From: the human T2T-CHM13v2.0 reference genome, Homo sapiens
Length of the DNA stretch: 64,000 bases
Assembly (NCBI RefSeq): GCF_009914755.1
Contig: NC_060947.1
Direction: 5' to 3' (one strand)
Part shown: piece after piece, positions 16,716-29,537 of the stretch
How positions within the stretch are numbered: position 1 is the stretch's first letter
Layout: each line of letters opens with the position of its first letter
Made by a program: the position numbers and the translations under genes
The notes under the pieces: generated by a model
Told to the model about the DNA's origin: nothing
The model's input: the letters and a program-made list of their open reading frames with translations, nothing else
The model's database searches: none

Positions 16716-18289
16716 AAATTTGAATTGAAAAGTTTGAGGATTCCCTCTTGAAGGCCTCTGAAAAATGTGTTTCATAGAACAATATTTGGAAACTACTGTC
16801 CTCTTAATAATTGGGATCCTATTTTATGCTTCCTGGCATTTCCATGTTTTCCTCTCCATTGCCCTCCTGTTTACTCACTGCAGGTATGCTCTCCACAAAG
16901 GGAATCTTGCTTTACACCTCATGAACTTTCAGACTTAGCACAAGGCCTGGCACACAGCTCATCCTCAGCCAGTGGTTTGTTTTTGCTGTTGCTGTTGTTT
17001 CAACGAAATTAAGTTAAACACCTGTCGATTTGATCTGGTGAGTCCTCAGTACCTGTTCATGAGTTGTTTGGTGAAAAATAAAAAAGATATGCAATATTTA
17101 TGTCATAGAGTTACAAATAACAGCTAAAACAAAAAAAATTGCAAAAGAGGAAGTCAATTTATTTTGCAGATGACATAATCTTATATGCAAAATAAATAAA
17201 TAAATAAAAAAGAAACCCTAGAGACTTCACCAAGAAAAACTCTAAGAACTGTCAATGAATTCAGTAAACTTTCAGGAGGACAGTAAATCAACATAAAAAA
17301 TCAGTAGCACTTCTATAATGCAATAATTAACTAGCTGTAAAAGAAATCAAGAAAGCAATCCCATTTACAATAACTATAAGAAAAAACCCCTAGGAATAAA
17401 TTTTACTAAGGAGGTGAAAGACCATGCAGAGAAAACTGGTGGAATAAATTGAAAAGGACACAAATAAATAGAAAGACATCCCATGTTCATGAATCAAAAG
17501 TATTAATATTGTTAAAATAACCATATTACCCAAAGCAATGTACAGATTCAATGTAATGTTTGTCAAAATGCCAATGACATTCTTCACAGAAATAGAAAAA
17601 CAATCCTAAAATTTGTGTGGAACTACAAGAGACCCCAAATAGATACAACAAATCTGAGCAAAAAGTATGAAGCTGGAAGCATCACACTATCTGACTTCAA
17701 AAATATACAACAAAGCTATAGTAACCAAAACAGCATAGTACTGGCATACCAACAAACACATAGACCAATGGAACAGAATAGAGAACCCAGAAATTAGTCC
17801 ATACATTTACAGCCAACTGATTTTTGAGAAAGATACCAAGAACATACATTGGGGAAACAACACCCTTTACAATAAATGGTTTTAGGAAAACTGGATATCC
17901 ATACGCAGAAGAATAAAACTAGGTCCCTATCTCTCACCATATACAAAAATCAATTCAAAATGGATTAAAGATTTAAACATAAGACCAGAAATGATAAAAC
18001 TACTATAAGAAAACAATGGGGGAAATTTGCAGGACATTAGTCTGGACAACAATTTTATGGCTAAAACTTCAAAAGCACACATAGTAAAAACAAAAATAAA
18101 CAAATGGGACTGTATTAGACTTAAAAGCTTCTGCACAGAAAAGGAAACATTCAACAGAGTGAAGAAATAACTTCTTGAATGGGAGAAAATATTGGCAAAC
18201 TATTCATCTGACAGGGCACTAATAACCAGAAAATACAAGGAACTGAAATAACTCAAAGGCAAAACAATTAGAAAATAAACCCATTAAAG

Positions 18290-18650
<361 letters not shown>

Positions 18651-18668
18651 TTAAAAAGTGGGCAAATT

Positions 18669-18960
18669 GGTTGGGCATGGTGGTTTGTGCCTGTGATCCC
18701 AGCATTTTGAAAGACTGAGGTGGGCAGATCACTTGAGGCCAGGAGTTCAAGATCAGCCTGGGCAACATGGTGAGTCCCCACATCTACAAAAAATACAAAA
18801 ATGAGCCAGGTATGATCTCAAATACCTGTAATCTCAGCTACTCTAAGAGGAAGAGGCAGGAGAATCGCTTGAACTTGGGAGGCGGATGTTGCAGTGAGCT
18901 GAGATCATGCCACCTCACTCCAGCCTGGGTGACAGAGTGATACTCTGTCTCAAAAAAAAA
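18669..18960 (+). mobile_element. AluJ-like
   Basis: cacttgaggccaggagttcaag...cctgggcaacatgg. TSD approximately taaaaagt(t)gggcaaa. Confidence 0.9.
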
Positions 18961-19002
18961 ATATTTTTTAAAAAGTTGGGCAAAGGATATGAATAGACAT
19001 TT

Positions 19003-19320
<318 letters not shown>

Positions 19321-20078
19321 TGAATAGACATTTCTACACAGAAAACATACAAATGGACAACAGGCATTTGAAAAAAATGGTCAACTTCACTAGTCATCAG
19401 AGAAATGAAAATTAAAACGACAATAAGGTTATAATCTCATTCCATTTAGAGTGGCTATTATCAAAAAGACAATAGCAAGTGCTAGTGAGAATGTGGAATA
19501 AAAAGAAGCCATTCTCACTCTTAGTAGGAATTTAAATTATCCTATCCAGTATGAAAAACAGTATGGAGCTTCCTCAACAAACTAAAATTATAACTGCCAT
19601 ATGATCAAGCATTCTACTACTGGGTATTTATTTTAAAGAAAGGAAATCAATATATCAAAGGCATACCATCACTTTCATGTGTATTGCAGCTCTATTCACA
19701 ATAGCCAAAATATGGACTCAACCTAAGTGTCTCTCAATGAATGAATGGATAAAGAAAATATTGTATATACCCACATTGGAATAAAATAAAAAATGAAATC
19801 GCATCATTTGCAGCCACTTGGATGGAACTGGATGTTCTCACTTAAGTGGGAGATTAAAAAGTTTGTCTCATGGAGATAGAGAGTAGAATGAAAGTTACCA
19901 GAGTCTGGGAAGCATCAGAGGGGGGAGGGGGGCATGAAGAGATGGTTAATAGGTACAAACACACAGTTAGATAGAAAGAGTAAGTTCTAGTGTTTGACAG
20001 CACAGTAGGGTGACTATAGTTAGCAATAATTTATTGTGAATTTCAAAATAGCTAGAAGAAAAAGTTTGGAATATTCCC

Positions 20079-20195
20079 TAATGCTAGATGACGAGTTAGT
20101 GGGTGCAGCGCACCAGCATGGCACATGTATACATATGTAACTAACCTGCACATTGTGCACATGTACCCTAAAACTTAAAGTATAATAATAAAAAA
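20079..20195 (+). mobile_element. 117-bp L1PA2-like 3' stub
   Basis: gctagatgacgagttagtgggtgcagcgcaccagcatgg carries the GAG diagnostic rather than Ta ACA. TSD ggaata(t/c)tccc at 20068-20078 and 20196-20206. Confidence 0.9.
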
Positions 20196-20769
20196 GGAAT
20201 ACTCCCAACACAAAGAAACAATAAATGTTTGAAGCGATGGATATCTTAATTAACTTGATTTGATCATTACACATTGTATGTACGTATCAAAATATCACAT
20301 TTACCCAATGGATATGTAAAATTATTGTGTATCAATTTAAAAAAATCTAAATGTTAAAATTAAAAGCAATAAAAAGTTTTGCCTCTTACTGATTATCTCC
20401 GGGGATGGGAATCTCCTTTTTTGTTGACACTGTCCATCTGAGTATTGGAAATTTCTCATCTATGAGTAAGATATCCAAACTTTGAGTAGGAGAGAGTCAA
20501 ATACAAAAAAAAAAGCATACACCAGACTAACATTGATTCAGTAGCTAATGGTTTTAAATTTTGTTCAGTATGAATCCTTCTAATTAATATTACCAGAGCT
20601 AAATTTATCCATTTAATCTACAAAGATAATAATGTTTTTATAGGGAACAGTAGGACTTTTTAAAATATTCTATCACTCTCTAATATAAGCTTGTTCTGCC
20701 AGCTAGGGCAAATTGGTTTATCCCTACTCCAACTTGAAATTAATCTTTTGTTAGAATATTTAAATGTAT

Positions 20770-21190
20770 TTATTTTTTAATTTTAATTGACAGTTAAACT
20801 GCCCCCTAGCCCTTTCAAGCCTCTGGTAACTTTCACTGTACTCTCTACCTCCATGAGACAAACTTTTTAAGCTCCAACATAAGTGAGAATATCCAGATTC
20901 ATCCATGTGGCTGAAAATGATACAATTTCATTTTTTGTGTTTACTATGAACAGCATGATGTTTTAAAACATATATAAATTGTGGCATTGTTAAATCTAGC
21001 TAATTAACACATGAGTTACCTCACATAGTTATCACTTTGTGATGAGAATATTTCTCCACTGTTAGCATATTTCAATACAATCTAACATCATTAACTATAG
21101 TTACTGTGCTGTATAGTATATCTTTTGAATTTATTCCTCCTATTTACTGTAATTTTTTATCTTTTTACCAACATCTCCCCAACCTCCCAA
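20770..21190 (-). mobile_element. L1MA 3' UTR fragments
   Basis: 'cctctggtaactttcactgtactctctacctccatgag' and 'ttaactatagttactgtgctgtat' motifs. Confidence 0.65.
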
Positions 21191-21689
21191 AACCACCCAA
21201 CCTCTCTCCAAATCAGTTATTTTCATGTCAGTGCACTGAACCATCCTCCCTTTAAAAAAAAAAAAAAAAAAGTATTTTTTAAATTAAATCAACCCCTGCC
21301 CCACTCCAACCTTTGCACTAGCCAAATTATATGGTTTACCCTACGTCAGACCCAGCTGTTCTAGTCTTAGCATTTACTCCATACCCTGGATACTGCAGTG
21401 AACAAGGCATAGGATAAGGCGCCTCCTTTTCAAGATAATTAAGGACTGAAGTATACAAAAATCTTTGAGAATCTGGAAGAAAGAGAGAAGACTACAGACT
21501 GAAGTAACAAGATGGCCCTGGAAAAATTTAGAAGTTGAAAATATCAGGATAAACCACTTTAGTTAGAAGGAACAGCTAGAACTATGGCATGGATATTTTT
21601 GGAAACAGGAAAGGATGTATGTGAGGAACTGCACCATTAGTCTTCTATGACCAGAACAAAAACTTATGAAAAGAGCAGTGAAAGGTGAA

Positions 21690-21830
21690 GCTAGAGACGT
21701 GTGCAAGGACCAAATAATGGAGGGCCTTGTATACCACTCCAAGGAGTTGAGACTTTTCTTTGTAGATAATAGGGAGCCATTGAAAAAATGTAGCACAATG
21801 ACGTGATCAGTTTAATTATTTAGCAAAGAG
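21690..21830 (-). mobile_element. L2 fragment
   Basis: 'ggagggccttgtataccactccaaggagttgagacttttc...gggagccattgaa'. Confidence 0.6.
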
Positions 21831-21999
21831 TAAGAAAACTAAAAATAATTCTTTAGAACTGTCATTTGACATGGTAGAAAAAGTAGTTTTGTCAGGGACC
21901 CTCATGGTTGCTACCACATTTTCAATATCTACTGACATCTTATAAAATGAGTATGGCAATTCAGGGAAGAATCAATAAGAATAAAGAATAAGCATAAGA

Positions 22000-22195
22000 A
22001 TAATAAACTTACTGAAAACTTCTCATGTGCCAGACATAAATCTATCAGGTATATTGCTATTATTCCCATTTATAGATAATAAAACCGGGTTTCTTAGAGT
22101 TTAAAAAGTTTGCCCAGGGTCAGCTAAGTAGTAGAGCTTGGATTTGAACTTACACAGCTTGACACCAAATCTTATGTGCTTAAGCACTTTACTAC
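22000..22195 (-). mobile_element. MIR SINE
   Basis: Core 'attcccatttatagat...tttgcccagggtca...ggatttgaac'. Confidence 0.75.
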
Positions 22196-22239
22196 TTGAT
22201 CCTTGATATTGGGTATCTACTAAATAAGAGCATTATAAC

Positions 22240-22395
22240 TGAGAGGCCTTCTAAAGAAATTTGCTCAACTCTCTTACTGTCAAATGATGAAACTGAGGAT
22301 CAGGATATCATGATGTCAGAGAGTTTATTAGTAAAAGTGTCTGGGTAGAACATAGGCCTCCTGATTCCCAATTCAGTGTTTATTTTATTGTACTT
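22240..22395 (-). mobile_element. MIR/MIR3 SINE
   Basis: 'aaatgatgaaactgagg' core and 'ggcctcctgattcccaattcagtg'. Confidence 0.55.
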
Positions 22396-23049
22396 TGCTA
22401 CTCTTCCAGCAAAAGTGAAGTCTGCCTCTCTCAATATTAGAACTGGAGTTTTTCAGGAAAGCCTATTGAAATGCAAAATCCCTAAAATCCAAATGACATA
22501 GCAAGTCGAAAATTTCACACTTAGGGCACCCTTTTCTGTGTGTGTTTTATGTATTGCTGGAACAGGCTACAGAGATGCAGGTGAAAGACCCAAAGTTTGG
22601 TAATAAAAGAATATCTCCAGACAGAGATTTCCCATCATCAATCCCAGCTGAATATCCTTCTTTCTTATCCCCTGAGAATAAGGCTGTTCCAAACATATGA
22701 TTTTCATTCTCTGCAAAGTCCGAAGCAGCTGCTTGTTTGCTGTGGATTATGACTCCAGGTGTTAAGCTCAATCAATTTCAAAGGCCATAAATTTTTTAGG
22801 CCAGAATTCATGGAACAGTGTTTATTCCAGTTCAATCTTCTGTGTGACCATTGCAAAACACAACCTTTTTTTTTTTGGGATAAATAGAAGACCAGGAATT
22901 ATCTTACTTCTTTCATCTCCTCCTGCTAAAGCATAGGTGAGTAGTTATCTATCTTTCTTCTACAGCTGTCACTCTCTTGACTATTCAAGATTTGAAGGTA
23001 AATGGAGCCATCTCATAAAAGCCTTAGAAGAGAGAAAACTTTATCTCAA

Positions 23050-23242
23050 GAGTTTCTCACTGTGGTGATCCTTTTTAAACATTGATAAACACTGAATAAT
23101 AGGCTGCTTGTGAAAAATTGAAATACTTTGGCTTCATCCTAAATATTCTGATTTAGTCAATCAGGGAATGGAGTCAGAAATCATTGTTCATAAGTATCAT
23201 CTGTGATTCTATTATGCATCCAAGTTTAAAAACTACTGGTCT
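23050..23242. mobile_element. MER5-like hAT-Charlie element
   Basis: Ends in 'tgattctattatgcatccaagtttaaaaactactggtcta'. Confidence 0.55.
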
Positions 23243-23838
23243 ATGGTTTGCATGTTGAGGAGTATGCTGCAGAAATTCTGAAGGTATTGTGATTAGAGTT
23301 ATGATAGACATTGATGCATATATGTTGGATTTGGGAATGTCTTCTCTAAATTCACTGTTAAATATCTCAGCTGCTTTCACTTGACTTGATCTGCACTGGA
23401 TTGCCCCTCATTGGCTCAGCCAGGACAATCAGTTGGGCTCAGCATGGGTAGGTGCAAGCAGTAGGTTGCCAATATCTCTAACGTGCCACTTATTTCCATC
23501 TGTACCAGGGATATATAAAGATTGATTCAGCATTGAAGAAAACTTGCTGACCCCGTTTTATACCTAAAGTAATCAAATCTTGCAGGAGGAAGATGAGAGA
23601 AGTCTGAAATATTGAGTTTTACCTGTTTCCTCTAAGGCTGTTATGCAGATAGATGCAAATATATGTGTAGACATGATAGAATAATACTTTCCATTAATTC
23701 AGAGTGAAGCCGAAAAGCCTCCAAGCTGGATTGTTTCTCATACTTTAATGTGCATATATATCATCGGGGGATCTAAGTCCCCATGCCAGATCTGCTAAAA
23801 GATAATCTGCAATTTAACTAAGATATCCAGGTCTGAAC

Positions 23839-24027
23839 CAGTGGTTCTTAAAGTGTGGTCCCAAGAACAGCATTAGCATCACCTGAGTACATGTCAAAAA
23901 CTCACTTTCTTGGGGTCCCACCTCAGAACTTATGAATGAAAAACTCTGGAGATGAAGCCCAGAAATCCGTGTTTTAAGAATCCATCCAGGGGATTCTGAT
24001 GTCTACTCAAATGTGAGAACTGCTCTA
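23839..24027. mobile_element. MER5A hAT-Charlie element; a second MER5-like fragment lies at about 23730-23835
   Basis: cagtggttcttaaagtgtggtccc...ggggattctgatg...gtgagaactgctcta. Confidence 0.75.
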
Positions 24028-24318
24028 TGCCATTCCTCGCCTTCAGACAAGATTGGCTTCCACTCAGCCATAGAAGACTGCAGTAGGAGATGGGCAGGGT
24101 TTCAGAGATTCCAGTATTCATTCAAGAAAGCTCTCCCTCTTTTTTTACTGAAAACCTTTATGCTGCTTTCTCTGCACCCAGAGCCCTCATTCTCATTGGC
24201 AACCCTTTTCAAATCTTCTTTGCTACAGGAAAACCTTCACAGAGATTTGGCAAGGACTTCTTAAAATCCCCTATAGAGTGCCTATTTTCTGAGACTCAGT
24301 GTCTTAGTCATAATCATC

Positions 24319-24634
24319 TGTAAGGAATGTAGCTGTGGTGCAGCCAGGCAGGCATAGGCTGAAGTAAACATCTTGCATGACTCAGCAGGATCGGAGCACA
24401 GGTGCACAATTCCATGCATTATATAATCAACAGCTATGTAGCCATAACATGGGAGGCTCATCATCTGGCTCTAAGCCACTATTGTTTGTGAAGCGTATAA
24501 ATGCAATACTGACATTGAAAGAGCTGCTGAATAAAGCCATGTCTCATCTACCTGCTGTCTCTCAAGTGTTCTTCCAGCTAGCTGCCCCCCACCACCCACT
24601 CCCCTCAGACCTCAGCTGGGGACTGACCCTGACA
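24319..24634 (+). promoter_or_regulatory. 5' LTR (LTR18-type)
   Basis: TG...CA ends, TATAAA at about 24496, AATAAA at about 24530. Homologous to 30675-30992. Confidence 0.92.
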
Positions 24635-24636
24635 TT

Positions 24637-24654
24637 AGGTGTAGTCGTCAGGAT
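24637..24654 (+). promoter_or_regulatory. Primer binding site complementary to tRNA-Ser
   Basis: aggtgtagtcgtcaggat matches tggcgtagtcggcaggat (complement of the tRNA-Ser 3' end) at 15/18 positions, 2 nt after the LTR. Confidence 0.85.
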
Positions 24655-24657
24655 GAG

Positions 24658-26136
24658 ATGAGTGGGTTTTCAGCCCCTGAGACTCCCAGGTCAGCTACGT
24701 GGCTGCAGCATGGGCTGTGGTACCTGGTGGCAGAGGTACTGCTTGGATGGGCCCCAATGGGAACATGGGAGGCAATGGAAGGGTCTCCCATGAGTGTGGG
24801 AAAGGCACTGAAGCAGCTGGAAGCACACAGCACCAAGAAGAAATGCACCTCTGCTGGCAGAGTCAAGTGGGCATTTATGACTGCACTGCAGGAAGTACAT
24901 GCTCAGTTCCTGTGGGACACTGCACAGGTAAGGGACCTCCAGGCACAAGCTGCATGCCTGGGCACCTAAATGCACAGCTTGGAGCAAAACTTGGGGGTGA
25001 AGGACCTCCAGGCACAAATAGGGCACTTATAGGCCCAGATAAACAGCCTGGAACAGGAGTTAGAAACAGCTGTCAGTGTAACCTTGAGCCTGTCCTCCTG
25101 ACCAGACACTCCCATTTGGTCTGATGCCAAGGAGGAGGAGGCTCCTCTGCTGAGATCTCACCCCACAATCTGTCAGAAGGTAGAACATGAGCAGCCAATG
25201 GGACTCCAGGAGAGAGCCCAGGGAGCCCCCCACCCCACCATGGTGGAACACACTTCCCGTAGTGTTTATACCCCCACGGAGTTGCCAGAGTTAGTCAAGC
25301 AGTACTGGCATCATGTGAGGGAGCCCTTTCCTGCCTGGTTACTTTGCCTTTGGGCTGAAGGAGCTGATAGCATTTTCTGCTCCACCTCCGAGATAGAGAA
25401 GCTGGCTTCTATCACAACTCACCTCTTCCTTCATTAGCAGCTGCAGCTATGCCAACAGTTAGCACAGAGGCAAGGTGACCACACTTTCATTGAGTGGCTG
25501 ATGGTAGCCATATGGACGTGTGGAATGATGCTGGAGAAATACCAGAATCTGTGAGTAAATAGAAATCATATACTGAGTTGGTGCAGATATTCCAGTAGAT
25601 GGATATGCAGCAGGCCATGTTTGATTTGAATACCCAGGGGCCAGATGATGAACGCTTTACCTCCCATATGAGGGATCTTGTGTTGGGCTCAGTGGCTCCC
25701 ACTCAACGCGTTTGGCTTTCTGGCCACTGTCCCCAACCCGTATGTGGGGAGCCACAGACATGAAGTGACTACTTCTATGGCAGTCCTCAGGGAGACAGAA
25801 AGCCATTGGTGGGACCAGGGAATCTGCACCATAAAGAAGGGGAAGCTGCCCCCTCCTCAGGTAACCATCCCATGAGATAAAAGAGGGTCCCAGCAGGTAA
25901 CTTCCATGCAGATGTGGTTTGATTTAATTGCAGCTGGGGTTCCATGAAATAAAATTGACAAGCAATGCAACAGAATGCTGTTGGCTCCGTGGAAGCAATT
26001 ATCCCCGGAGCAACAATTCCAGAAAATGCTCAAGAGGGGGCAAAACAATGTTGTTCAACCTCATCCTGCCCAGATGCTTCAGCTCAAGGACTATTTGCAG
26101 ATGGGCAGCAATATGGGGCCTTTCCTGTTTAATTAG
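24658..26136 (+). pseudogene. gag: HERV-S gag, with stops and frameshifts
   Basis: ATG right after the PBS. ERVL-like capsid text (YTPTELPELVKQY..EPFPAWLLCLWAEGA). Ends at TAG 26134-26136. Confidence 0.75.
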
Positions 26137-26510
26137 GGAACTGGCTGAGGTGCCCGTCTTTGAAGGATGCCAGCCAACCAGAGGTCACATGTGAAACTGG
26201 TGATCCACTGGTAACCCACTAATATATAGCAGGGTCCTTGTACTGGTAGATACTGGTGCAGACTGCAGTCTAGCTTATAGGAATCCAGTTTATAGAGTAG
26301 CAATAAATTCCAGGATAAGTTTCCAGGAAAAGCTGCATTCATTGATGGTTATGGGGGTCAGTCAGTGAAGGTGAAACCTGTGTCTCTGCATCTTGGCCTT
26401 GGCTGCTTGGCTCCCTGCCTATATACTGTGTATGTCTCTCCCATACCTAAATATATTCTGGGGGTGGACATTTTGCATGGTCTGGACTAAAACACCATGG
26501 CCAGAGAATT
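26137..26510 (+). pseudogene. pro: Retroviral aspartic protease remnant
   Basis: LVDTGA at about 26243-26260 and ILGVDIL at about 26455-26475. Confidence 0.85.
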
Positions 26511-29500
26511 CAGACTCTGAGTTCATGTAATAAAGCCAGTAATGCATGGATATACACACCACCAGCCCCAAGTTCTGCCACAACCCCAACGTGTTACCTC
26601 CACTCATCAATACCATTTGCCAGGGGGGCATACAGAGATAACTAAGACTATTAAGAAGTTAGAGGAGCTGCAAATAGTGAGTGGCACTCATCGCCCCTAC
26701 CATTTCCCAGTATGGCCAGTCAGAAAGCCTGATGGGACTTGGCGCATGACAGTGGATTATCGGGAACTGAATGAAGCAACACCCCCTCTGCATGCAGCTG
26801 TACCTTCCATCATGGATTTTATGGAACACTTAACAACAGAACTGGGACAGTACCACTTTGTGGTGGACTTAGCTAATGCATTCTTCTCCAATCACATTGC
26901 TCCGGAGAGCCAGGAACAGTTCACCTTCACATGGGAAGGATCACAATGGACTTTCACCATGCTGCCTCAGGGCTATGTGCATAGCCCCACCATTTGTCAT
27001 GGTTTTGTTGCCATGGACTTAGCCGCCTGGAATTGTCCAAAAGGGGTCAGCCTGTTTCATTATATTGATGATATTATGATTCTCTTGCAGATCTAGAAGG
27101 TGCAGGGCCCCTCTTGCAGCAACAATTGGCAGCATGTGGGTGGACCATCAATGAATCCAAGGTCCAAGGACCTGGATTGTCTGCCAAATTGTTGGGAGTT
27201 ATTTGGTTGGATAAGACAAAGGCCATACCAGAGGCCATCACTGATAAAATACAGGCATACCCCTGACCCACCACGGTGAGGCAGCTGCAGACTTTTGTGG
27301 GCTTCTTGGGGTATTGACAGGCATTAGTGTCCCATTTGGCTCAAATGATAAAACCATTGTACCAGTTAACAAAACAAGGGGCTACCTGGAATTGGGTTGA
27401 TGAGGCTGAAATAGCCTTTCCGGCCACCAAGCAGGCTATTCATTAGACATGAGCCTTACAAGTGATTGATCGGGGCGCCCATTTGAATTTGATGTACATG
27501 TGGCTACAGATGGTTTTGGCTGGGGCCTATGGCAGTGCATTGAGCATTTTAGAATGCCAGTAGGCTTTTGTCCCACCTACGGAAGAGAGCTAAGCTATGG
27601 TAATAATTGTTAGAGAAGCAATTAGCTGCTGCATATGCTGCTCTTCAGGCCTGTGAGAACCTGACAGGATGGCCTACAGTTGTCATGCAGATGACTTATC
27701 CAATAGCGGAGTGGGTAGGTTCATGGGTAATAACCCCTCAGACAGGGAGAGTGCAGACATCCACTTTAGCAAAGTGGGGTGCCTACTTAGAGCAGCAGAG
27801 TACGCTGAATACAAGTCCCTTAGCAGCAGAGTTACCAGAAGTCTTGGGGCATGTAGTCCTAAGGCAGGGTAAGGCCATGGGGCCTGAGGCACCCCTAGAC
27901 CATGAGCCATCATCATTTAAGGAAGGGTGCCCTCTCATTCTTGATGGACATAGTATATAGATGGGTCCAGCCAAGTTGCTACTGCTGCCTGGACTGCTGT
28001 AGCAGTCCAGCCGACCACTCACACCATATGGTTTTATACTGGATGTGGACAAAGCAGCCAATGGGCTGAACTCAGAGTGGTGTGGATGGTGATTACCAAG
28101 GAGGAGTCACCTATGGTAATCTGTACCAATAGCTGGGCAGTCTATTGAGGGTTAACCTGGTAGTTGACTACCTGGAAGTTATAGAATTGGCTTGTAGGCC
28201 ATCGGCCCATTTGGGGCCAAACCATGTGGCAAGACATCTGGGAAATGGGTCATCAAGTGTCAGGCCATATGCCTTTGACCACCCCCAGTAATGATGAGGC
28301 AAATGCATTGACCAAAGTTCAATGGTTAGAGTTGGCACCTACATGAGATGTGGCTTTGTGGCTACACAGAAAACTGAGACATGGGGGTGGGGGTGTAAAC
28401 TGGTGCAACAGGTCAGTGGGTGCTGAGGTTTGTCTTTGCCCTCACAGGACATTTTGGAGGCCTGCCAGAAGTGCTCAGCATGCACTCAGGCATACCCGAG
28501 ATATAGACAACTGCCCAGTGTGACACAACAAGTGATGGTAAGGCAGATGCCCTTGACCACATGGCAAATAGATTACATTGGGCCACTGCCAAAATTTCAG
28601 GGCTACACACATGCACTGATGGCTGTAGACATGGCCACCGGCTTGTTGTTCACCTACCCTTGCAGGGTGGCCGACCAGCAACACACTATTTAAACCTTGG
28701 AGCATGTATGTGCCTTATACAGCCATTCCCTGGCCATTGAAAGTGATAGGAGAACACATTTCACTGGACAGCAGGTACAACAATGGGCAGAGCAGATAGA
28801 CATACAATAGGGGTTTCATGTTTCTTATAACCCACAAATCACGGGCATGATTGAGCAACATAGTGGATCCTGAAGAATGGGTTACATTTGCATGTTACTC
28901 ACCCATCTTTGTGGGGCTGGAGTTCCAGGTTGGACTTGGTGTTCCAAATCTTGAATGAGTGGCCACGGAAAGGTGGCCCAGCCCCAGTGGAGGCACTGTT
29001 ACACTGGGCCACTGCCCCTATCCAGCACAGATACAGACCAAGGATGACCTCCTCTGACCAGGTATGGGGACAAATGGTCATCTGTTGTTGCCTGCCCCAA
29101 TGCCCCAGAAGGCAGGAGAACAGAAAACCTGGTGTTGACCATGGACCCTCCAAGCACACTATTGCAGATGGTTGGCTATCATAGCCCCTTGTGGGGAGGA
29201 CCTGCAGTGTGACTTACATGTTACTCCTAGGGTATTTACTGTGTGGCCTCCACAATTGACAATTCATAGGGGAATGGCCAGGGAAGGGACCCTCCCCTGG
29301 GGGACATAGGTACTGTCTGTGTGACCCAGCTCCCCTGTGACTTTAGCATGAGCACAAGACACAAAATAACCACGGAGAGCTGATAAGATGTGGTACCATC
29401 GCCTAGGGAAGAAGCCATTGGTGACTGCATAGTTATCCAGAAATAAAAAGTGGGCTCGTATTTTGCCTGAGGGACGTGATTTACCCCTCTTAGTACCTGT

Positions 29501-29530
29501 GCCTGCTTTGCCATTTTGGCCACAGGTTGA
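26511..29530 (+). pseudogene. pol: pol (RT, RNase H, integrase), disrupted
   Basis: RT: PVWPVRKPDGTWRMTVDYRELN, DLANAFF, LPQG, YIDD. RNase H: YIDGS at about 27954. IN: H..H/CQKCSAC and WQIDYIGPLP. Confidence 0.95.
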
Positions 29531-29537
29531 CATGCTA

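Noticed and set aside
22547-22771. 74-aa minus-strand ORF in unique DNA
   Set aside because: Non-ATG start, no recognisable domain, and length within chance expectation.
26274-26312. Apparent short insertion in the protease
   Set aside because: Probably a post-integration mutation; cannot be evaluated without the consensus.
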